Shown in pieces: positions 57,232 through 64,000 of a stretch of DNA of 64,000 nt. Made by a program: the position numbers and the translations under genes. Each line of letters opens with the position of its first letter. Position 1 is the stretch's first letter. This DNA is from Candidatus Falkowbacteria bacterium CG10_big_fil_rev_8_21_14_0_10_39_11 (lineage in GTDB: Bacteria > Patescibacteriota > Patescibacteriia > UBA11705), in the NCBI GenBank assembly GCA_002773615.1, contig PFAP01000011.1, positions 8,307-72,306 on the forward strand, read 5' to 3'. The notes under the pieces are model-generated. The model had not been told where the DNA came from and did not search any database. It worked only from the letters and a program-made list of their open reading frames with translations.

Positions 57232-58341
57232 TGCCTTTGCTGTAACTGACCATTTAAAATTTTTCACTCTTTCTTTCCCTTTTTCAATCATTTCATTTCT
57301 AAGTGCTTCGTTATCAAGCACTTTTTTTATTGCCGTAAACAAATCAATTTGATCGTCTGGCGGTACGAGCAATGCTTCACCACCAACGACAAGCTCCTGT
57401 GTTACCGGAATCTTAGAAGCAATCACTGGCACACCCTGTTGCATGGCTTCGAGTATTGGCAAACCAAAACCTTCATTATGTGATGGAAAGACAAAGCACT
57501 TAGCCTGCTGCATTAAAACATTCCTTTCATTATCAGATACTTTACCAACATATCGAATGACTTGTTTGCCAACTTTATTATTAATTTTAATCATTGTCTT
57601 AAAAATCTTTCTATATTTCCAGCCTTTAATTCCAGCCACAATCAATTCCATATCACCAGGATATTCTTGAATATACTTGCCAAAAACCTGAAATAAATGC
57701 CGTAAATTTTTTCTCGGCTCGATTGTCCCCACAAAAAACAAAAACTCCTTTTTTATCTTAAATTTTTCCTCGACTTCCTTTACCTCTCTCTCATTATAAT
57801 TAACCCGATCCTCCACCCCCGAATGAACCGCAATTACATCCTTGGCTTTTTTAAACTTAAATAAAAACAACAAATCTGATTTTGTCGCCTCAGATATGGT
57901 CATAATATTGGTCGCTTTGGCAATACTGGACGGCACGACCAACAACTTAGAAAACCATTGTTTATTTGGAAACCATTGAGGATAATTGTAAATTAAAAGA
58001 TCATGAATAATCAGGGTACTTTTACCTACATAAAAAAATGGCATAATATTGGCTGGGAAAATGCACCAATCAAGCCACTCGGCCCACAACTTGAATGTAA
58101 AACCAACATGGGCAGAAAAAAATGGTACTTTATTTTTTACCTTAACCACCTTGAATCCCCGATGAGTTCGAAGTGCATTCAAAGTTTCATCATTTATATT
58201 ATCATCAAAAAACAATACATATTCATTCTGACTATCAGCTTCCATAATAGCTTTGACCAAATTAAAAACATAACGCGGAATTCCAGCTCCGCGGTTATTT
58301 TTTACATCATAAATTTGTCGACAATCAATACCTATTTTCAT
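57190..58341 (-). CDS. Glycosyltransferase family 4
   Basis: MKIGID, GTIEPRKN, EGFGLPILEAM. Confidence 0.93.
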   Translation of the reverse strand: MKIGIDCRQIYDVKNNRGAGIPRYVFNLVKAIMEADSQNEYVLFFDDNINDETLNALRTHRGFKVVKVKNKVPFFSAHVGFTFKLWAEWLDWCIFPANIMPFFYVGKSTLIIHDLLIYNYPQWFPNKQWFSKLLVVPSSIAKATNIMTISEATKSDLLFLFKFKKAKDVIAVHSGVEDRVNYNEREVKEVEEKFKIKKEFLFFVGTIEPRKNLRHLFQVFGKYIQEYPGDMELIVAGIKGWKYRKIFKTMIKINNKVGKQVIRYVGKVSDNERNVLMQQAKCFVFPSHNEGFGLPILEAMQQGVPVIASKIPVTQELVVGGEALLVPPDDQIDLFTAIKKVLDNEALRNEMIEKGKERVKNFKWSVTAKALLKFIELPDNNDE

Positions 58342-58348
58342 ATTTTTT

Positions 58349-58503
58349 CGTCATACTGAATTTACGTGTCCACCGCAATTTTAACGTAGGCGGGTTTCAG
58401 CATCTCCGTTCAGTTACCAAAGTCACTACCGGTCATGAGACTCTGAAACAATACTGAATCAAGCCTGCCTGCCGGCAGGTTCAACACAAGGTTCAGATTG
58501 ACA
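58349..58503. repeat. CGTC-type REP doublet with three nested insertions
   Basis: Arms cgtcatactgaattta|tttcagcatct and agactctgaaacaa|gttcagattgac are inverted repeats once the inserts are removed. Confidence 0.7.
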
Positions 58504-58548
58504 AAATAGTTTTTATTACCTCTAACACTTCTATCACTTTTAATCCTT

Positions 58549-59037
58549 TTACGCAAACAAAGCCACACCACCTGCACTGATAATGGTCACAATAAATCCG
58601 GCAATCATAGCGCCGATCGAAATGAGCAACACAGATTTCTTTCGTTCAATCCCAAACAAATACGCAGCTAATGACCCGGTCCAAACACCCGTCACCGGCA
58701 ATGGAATAGCCACAAAAATAATCAACGCAATCTCTCCATAAGTCAAATATTTGCCTTCAAATCTCTTTCTGGTCCGTTCAAACAACCAATCAAAAAACTT
58801 ATCAGCCCATTTGAATCTGGGTCTGAGAAACTTGGTCACAAAATCAAGCATATAAACCAAAATAATGGTTATAAAAATACTACCCAACACTGACCAGAAA
58901 AAAGCGGATAAAGCTGACATTTTAAATAAACCAATCGCCACCGGGATTGAAGCCCGAAGCTCTGTAATCGGAATCAAAGCCAACAAAAAAGTGGCTAATT
59001 CATGAGGTAAATTTTTCACTAAATCTACTACAAACAT
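58549..59037 (-). CDS. Putative small multi-drug export protein family
   Basis: PITELRASIP, FVAIPLPVTGVWTG. Confidence 0.85.
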   Translation of the reverse strand: MFVVDLVKNLPHELATFLLALIPITELRASIPVAIGLFKMSALSAFFWSVLGSIFITIILVYMLDFVTKFLRPRFKWADKFFDWLFERTRKRFEGKYLTYGEIALIIFVAIPLPVTGVWTGSLAAYLFGIERKKSVLLISIGAMIAGFIVTIISAGGVALFA

Positions 59038-59043
59038 AAATGA

Positions 59044-59370
59044 TTATTTATTATATCTATTTTCAATTTCTTGAATTTTCTTTTTAACTATCGTTTGAAC
59101 ATCAACATCCAAAGATTGGGCCAATAGTAAAGTTACCATAAAAACATCAGCCACCTCTTTTGCCAAAGTCTCATGAGAATGTCCATCCATTTTCTCTTTT
59201 CTCTGAACATTTAAAGACCTCAAAATTTCATCTGACAATTCACCAACCTCTTCTGACAGTTTGACCGCTCTGGCCAAAATCACTTTTTCCTGATCAAAGT
59301 GAGGATAAAAATGCTCTCGCATTCGCACATCTTCCTCCTTGATAAACTTCAAGATTTCCTGAAATTCCAT
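59044..59370 (-). CDS. MazG-like nucleotide pyrophosphohydrolase
   Basis: KLSEEVGEL...EVADV. Confidence 0.85.
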   Translation of the reverse strand: MEFQEILKFIKEEDVRMREHFYPHFDQEKVILARAVKLSEEVGELSDEILRSLNVQRKEKMDGHSHETLAKEVADVFMVTLLLAQSLDVDVQTIVKKKIQEIENRYNK

Positions 59371-59373
59371 ATA

Positions 59374-60282
59374 TTACCACTCATAATTATTAAACACCCA
59401 ATCGGCCAAGACTTTGGTATCTTGGAATCTATCGCTAATGGTATCACTATTTAAAACCGCAATCATCACCGGTTTATTTTCATGTTCAATTTCAACCGCT
59501 AAACAATACCCAGCCTCTGGCAAAAAGCCTGTCTTACCACCGACCAATTCGTAGCCATATTCTTCACTATTAAGAAAACTATCCAGCAAGATATCTGTAT
59601 TAACAATTGTTCGTTTCTTTTTATTATTCAAAATATCAAATTTATACGATTCCTGAAGAACAGACTCTCGTATTTCATTATGTTTCATCGCTTCATACAC
59701 CAATCTAGCCACATCTGAAGCCGTCGACATATTACCAGCATTCAAACCGGTAGGATCAGCAAACTTAGTATTATACAATTTCAATTCTTTGGCTTTTTCG
59801 TTCATCATCTGCACAAAGTCAATTCTCGAGACACCCAAACTGCGAACCATAGCCATAATAGCATTGTTGTCCGAACTGATCAGGCCCGCTTTCCACATAT
59901 CATAAAAAAGTACCTCCTCACCACGATAAATATGAGGATAAGCTCCACTGGTCTCATCTACCAGGCTCATCATCACTGATTGCTGCCAATTGGGTTCAAA
60001 ATCCAAAATTACCATAGCCGTCATCAATTTGGTAATACTGGCAATCGGCTGCTTGACCTGCGAATGACTCTCGAGCAATACCAATCCGGATTCAATATCA
60101 ATCACCACAAACTTTTCAGCGGTAATCTCTACACCAATATTTTCTTCATTAATTCGCACCGGAACTTCTTCTTGATAGACTTTTTCTTGATCCAGAAAAA
60201 TCCGTTGTTCATTTTCAACCGCAAACACTCCGGCCTGAGAACTAATTAGTAACAAACTTAAAATAACTTTCAATAATGACAT
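59374..60282 (-). CDS. D-alanyl-D-alanine carboxypeptidase (peptidase S11)
   Basis: SITK, SDN, KTG motifs; signal peptide. Confidence 0.92.
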   Translation of the reverse strand: MSLLKVILSLLLISSQAGVFAVENEQRIFLDQEKVYQEEVPVRINEENIGVEITAEKFVVIDIESGLVLLESHSQVKQPIASITKLMTAMVILDFEPNWQQSVMMSLVDETSGAYPHIYRGEEVLFYDMWKAGLISSDNNAIMAMVRSLGVSRIDFVQMMNEKAKELKLYNTKFADPTGLNAGNMSTASDVARLVYEAMKHNEIRESVLQESYKFDILNNKKKRTIVNTDILLDSFLNSEEYGYELVGGKTGFLPEAGYCLAVEIEHENKPVMIAVLNSDTISDRFQDTKVLADWVFNNYEW

Positions 60283-60288
60283 GTTTTC

Positions 60289-60870
60289 TTAATTACTTTT
60301 ATCTTCCCCCTCCACGGCCTGTTCCTTTTTCTGTTTATCCAAAAATTCCTCCAAATTTTCTACTTGATGCAGTTTCTCATAATTGGGCAAATCATTTACT
60401 GAGACCAAACCCAAATATTTCAATAATTCCGGCGTGACAAAATATACAATTCCATTACCTTGTTTTTCCTCTTGAATCAAACCTCGAATAAGCAAATTTC
60501 GCAAGATCAAACTACAATTCACTCCTCGAATCTGTTCCAAAATAGGTTTGGTAATCGGTCCACGATAAGCGATGATCGTCAATGTCTCTAACGATGGCTG
60601 AGATAGCTCACCGGTTTTCTCGTCTTTAACTAGTGCTTTTATCAATTCAGAATTCTGAACTCCGGTAACCAATTGATACTGACCATTACTTTCAATCAGA
60701 TTAATACCACTTTCATTTTGATTATATTTCGCCTGCAATTCAATCAAAATATCATCAATTTGCTCCTTTTTCACTTTCACCCCCTGCTTGACCAAAAATT
60801 TTACCAACCATTCACTGGTAATCGGTTTAGTTGAAGCAAACAAAAGGCTTTCAATCTGTGATTTTAGCAT
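60289..60870 (-). CDS. scpB: SMC-Scp complex subunit ScpB
   Basis: IESLLF, LETLTIIAYRGPITK, IRGVN. Confidence 0.93.
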   Translation of the reverse strand: MLKSQIESLLFASTKPITSEWLVKFLVKQGVKVKKEQIDDILIELQAKYNQNESGINLIESNGQYQLVTGVQNSELIKALVKDEKTGELSQPSLETLTIIAYRGPITKPILEQIRGVNCSLILRNLLIRGLIQEEKQGNGIVYFVTPELLKYLGLVSVNDLPNYEKLHQVENLEEFLDKQKKEQAVEGEDKSN

Positions 60871-61019
60871 AAAAAAAAATTATTTCTGTATTTAGATTAT
60901 ACTACAAACAAAGAGCAAATTCAAGCAATATAAAATCACAAAATTGGCCTTGATCAGCCAACTTTTACACCATTAAAAAATCCTATACCCCTCAACCATT
61001 TACCATTTGCTTTTTGTAT

Positions 61020-61709
61020 TTATATTTTTTCAATATGTATATCCTCAAACAAATTACCTTGCTTTACTGTCAAATGTTTTTGTTTCACCAATTCTAACAT
61101 CGCTAAAAAACTCATAATCACCTCTGTTCTTGACTCAGCCTGATCAAACAATTCTTTGAAACTCATTTTTTTTCTAGTACTTAATAGCTCTTTCAAGTGA
61201 AGAATCTTTTGTCTTAAACTGACTGATCTTTCAATCATTTTTCTGGGCATTTTTACCAACGGATCCAAACGTTTCAATACCGACAAAAATATCTCTTTCA
61301 AATTATCTTTTTTAATATTTTCTGCCGGTGAAAATTCCACCACTAAATCAATCTTTTGTCGCTCACGCGAATAAGTGAAATTTTGCAATTTTAACATTTC
61401 CTCAACTTTTTTTGTCGCATCTAAAAATTCTTTATAGATTTTCAACTGTTTTTCCAAATCATCAAAATCTTCTTCCTCACTAATGATCGGTAATATGGCT
61501 TTGGATTTCAAATACAAAAGTCTAGCCGCAATCACCAAAAAATCAGACAATTCTTCTGGATCTCGGTTCTCCAATTTTTCGATATACTCAATATATTGAT
61601 CGGTCACCTGACTAAGAGCTATCTCCGTTACCTCCAATTTTTCTTGCTCAATTAGCTGCAAAAGTAAATCAAGTGGCCCAGCAAATTTTTCTATTTTTAT
61701 TTTATACAT
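61020..61709 (-). CDS. scpA: Segregation/condensation protein ScpA
   Basis: FAGPLDLLLQLI, SFLAMLELVK. Confidence 0.93.
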   Translation of the reverse strand: MYKIKIEKFAGPLDLLLQLIEQEKLEVTEIALSQVTDQYIEYIEKLENRDPEELSDFLVIAARLLYLKSKAILPIISEEEDFDDLEKQLKIYKEFLDATKKVEEMLKLQNFTYSRERQKIDLVVEFSPAENIKKDNLKEIFLSVLKRLDPLVKMPRKMIERSVSLRQKILHLKELLSTRKKMSFKELFDQAESRTEVIMSFLAMLELVKQKHLTVKQGNLFEDIHIEKI

Positions 61710-61815
61710 ACTGTGAACAAACTTTTTATTCAACTAAACTTTCCCTGAACAACTTTTGTACTCACTTCATCCCATCCCATCCCTATTGACTAATTACTAT
61801 TCGCTAATTACTAAC

Positions 61816-63246
61816 TTACTCATTCAACTTAAATCCTCGACTCTTGCTTTCCTCCCAACCGGCTGATGTCATTTTGATAAATTCAGCATTGATCTGCATT
61901 TCTTTGATATTATGAGCACCGCAATAACTAATGCCACTGCGTAACCCCTTGATCATCGAAGTAATAATTTCAGCTATTGAACCTTTATATTCTACCAAAT
62001 TTGTTACCCCTTCAACAAATACATCCAATTTCTTTTTATGTTTCTTGCCTTCCAGGTGCTCTTTACGTTCATGACTGTTATCATAACTGGCACTACCCAT
62101 ATATCTCTTATATCTACGCCCTTCACGATAAACAATAATACCTGGAGTTTCATCAGTACCGGCAAAAATTGACCCACAGTATCCCGTACTGGCTCCGGCC
62201 GCTACCGCCTTGGATAAATCCCCCGGAAACTTTATACCACCATCAGCGCTAACCGGAATATTATATTGACTAGCAATCTTGCATACATCCATAATCGCTG
62301 TCAGCTGGGGCACGCCTGCACCAGACACAATCCGAGTGGTACAAACCGGAGACGGACCAATCCCAACTTTAAGTCCATCAGCCCCAGCCAAAATCAAATC
62401 TCTTGCCGCATCCGCCGTAGCAATATTCCCCACCATTATATCAATATTATTAAATTGTGTCTTCAATTCTCTAAGTTTTCTTATAACCAAATCCGAATGA
62501 GCGTGAGCAATATCCAAAACCAACACATCCACTCCGACATGGATCAAAGCTTTGGCTCTTTCCGCACAATCCTTCACCCCCAATGCCCAAGCCACCATCA
62601 ATCGCCCCTTTGTATCTCGACTGGAAAGAGGCCAAGACTCGAGTTTAGTGATATCTTTTGATGTAATCAATCCCCGGAGGTCACCTTCGACTATCAAGGG
62701 TAATTTCTCTATTCGATTTTTTTTCAAAATTTTCTTTGCTTCCTCCAGTTTTATTCCCGGTTTAGCTGAAATCAGCTGCTCTTTTTTGGTCATCAAATCT
62801 TCAACTTTTCGATTTGTATCTTCCTCAAAAATATAATCACGTGAAGTCAAAATACCCTCCACTTTATTATCTTTCACCACAATCAAACTGGTCACACCTT
62901 CACGACCCATATAATCAAAAGCCTCATTCATCAACATTTCAGGAGCACATGTCACCGGATTTTCAATCACATAACTGGTACTTTTTTTTACTTTTCGCAC
63001 CTCCTCAACCTGCTCCTCTATCGTTCCAAACTGATGAATAACCCCCAACCCACCTTCACGAGCCATCGCAATAGCCATTTCATGCTCTGTAACCGTCGCC
63101 ATATTTGAACTTACCATTGGAATATTTAAAGCAATATTTCGAGTAAATCTTGTCTTTACATCCGCCTCCCCCCGAGATGACAATGGTGTCTTTTTTGGCA
63201 CCAATAAAACATCAGCATAGGTATATCCTGTACGAAATTTTTCCAT
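61816..63246 (-). CDS. IMPDH/GMP reductase family protein with CBS domains
   Basis: DVLLVP, CBS pair, [17 protein letters not shown]; flap lacks the RY dyad. Confidence 0.9.
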   Translation of the reverse strand: MEKFRTGYTYADVLLVPKKTPLSSRGEADVKTRFTRNIALNIPMVSSNMATVTEHEMAIAMAREGGLGVIHQFGTIEEQVEEVRKVKKSTSYVIENPVTCAPEMLMNEAFDYMGREGVTSLIVVKDNKVEGILTSRDYIFEEDTNRKVEDLMTKKEQLISAKPGIKLEEAKKILKKNRIEKLPLIVEGDLRGLITSKDITKLESWPLSSRDTKGRLMVAWALGVKDCAERAKALIHVGVDVLVLDIAHAHSDLVIRKLRELKTQFNNIDIMVGNIATADAARDLILAGADGLKVGIGPSPVCTTRIVSGAGVPQLTAIMDVCKIASQYNIPVSADGGIKFPGDLSKAVAAGASTGYCGSIFAGTDETPGIIVYREGRRYKRYMGSASYDNSHERKEHLEGKKHKKKLDVFVEGVTNLVEYKGSIAEIITSMIKGLRSGISYCGAHNIKEMQINAEFIKMTSAGWEESKSRGFKLNE

Positions 63247-63253
63247 ATTTATA

Positions 63254-64000
63254 TTATATTATTTTTTCAACGAATTTTTGTTTCACTTCCTCCAAAACTC
63301 TTTTTGCTTCATCATAATTGGTCAAACCGGGAATTGCCGCTACCGCTTTATGACCGCCACCGCCATATTTTTTTGCAATTACCCCAACATCAATATTGGA
63401 TTCTGCGTCCCTCGTTTTTGACCAAGGATTAACACCCATTTTAATCGCAAAATTTCCGTCACGTTCAACCAGCCCCAACCAATACTTACTTTTAAGATAA
63501 ACTACTCCTGGCATATAGCGAAAAAACTCCTTGCCATAAAAATCATAGACAACCGTATCCCCTACTATTTTACTTGATGATTTAAAATCCGTAAAACTTT
63601 TCTTGACCCGTCCTCGCAAATTGATCATAATTTTTCGCACATATTTCTTTTGGGCCAAAGATTCCAATCGAAAATCAAACCAATCAGCAATACGCATTTC
63701 ATCCAAATCATGTAATATTCTTGGAATAATTGTATTATCATCTTCAATCGCTCTAGCCACCTTCAAAAATCCTCTTTTAGGCAAAATATAATCAATCGGT
63801 TTCAAACCAAATTTTGGATAATCAGCAGCATCAACAATCTCACTTTGAGTAATCAATCTCTTTACTCTTCCCAATTTTACCCCTTTTGATTCTGCCAGTT
63901 TTTCTAACAAACCGGTACACGCTTTTGCCTTTGGTTCAAAGATACAATACTGCAAACCCGATAAATCACAATCCATTTTATGAGTTTCATGATGATCAAC
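63254..64000 (-). CDS. DHH/DHHA1 phosphoesterase (5' end outside window)
   Basis: VDHH read at the window edge, in frame with the ORF; GGGGHKAVA motif. Confidence 0.8.
   Translation of the reverse strand, partial: VDHHETHKMDCDLSGLQYCIFEPKAKACTGLLEKLAESKGVKLGRVKRLITQSEIVDAADYPKFGLKPIDYILPKRGFLKVARAIEDDNTIIPRILHDLDEMRIADWFDFRLESLAQKKYVRKIMINLRGRVKKSFTDFKSSSKIVGDTVVYDFYGKEFFRYMPGVVYLKSKYWLGLVERDGNFAIKMGVNPWSKTRDAESNIDVGVIAKKYGGGGHKAVAAIPGLTNYDEAKRVLEEVKQKFVEKII

Overview
AT-rich bacterial chromosome segment read with genetic code 11. The gene content points to Patescibacteria/CPR, probably Parcubacteria/ABY1-like (inferred from VirB2-like pilins, giant Cys-rich surface proteins, TSP3-repeat proteins and mostly SD-less core genes). 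Core genes include rsmA, prfB, nrdR-nrdD-nrdG, ftsAZ, ybeY, rpsU, lepB, der, pth, dprA, folC, topA, parAB, scpAB and three tRNAs. Small accessory units with their own promoter and strong SD are interleaved, and several are decaying. Main observations: (1) a stand-alone ~165-nt minus-strand rod-shaped RNA with its own promoter and terminator, exposing an anti-SD sequence (CCCCCCUCCU); (2) families of 20-30-nt palindromic micro-elements that insert precisely into each other, into a duplicated tRNA-Leu 5' half beside a frameshifted GIY-YIG nuclease, and possibly in-frame into folC; (3) a tandem array of promoter / 3-TM-protein / terminator cassettes; (4) a split class III RNR whose glycyl-radical domain is a separate mini-gene; (5) a catalytically degenerate HisRS paralog; (6) a tandem RSH pair, one hydrolase-dead and one bifunctional; (7) a 2688-aa protein with a VirB2-like N-terminus and a type-IV-pilin-head-like C-terminus. 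No CRISPR array, integrase, transposase or reverse transcriptase was seen. All family assignments come from reading motifs by eye, not from database searches.
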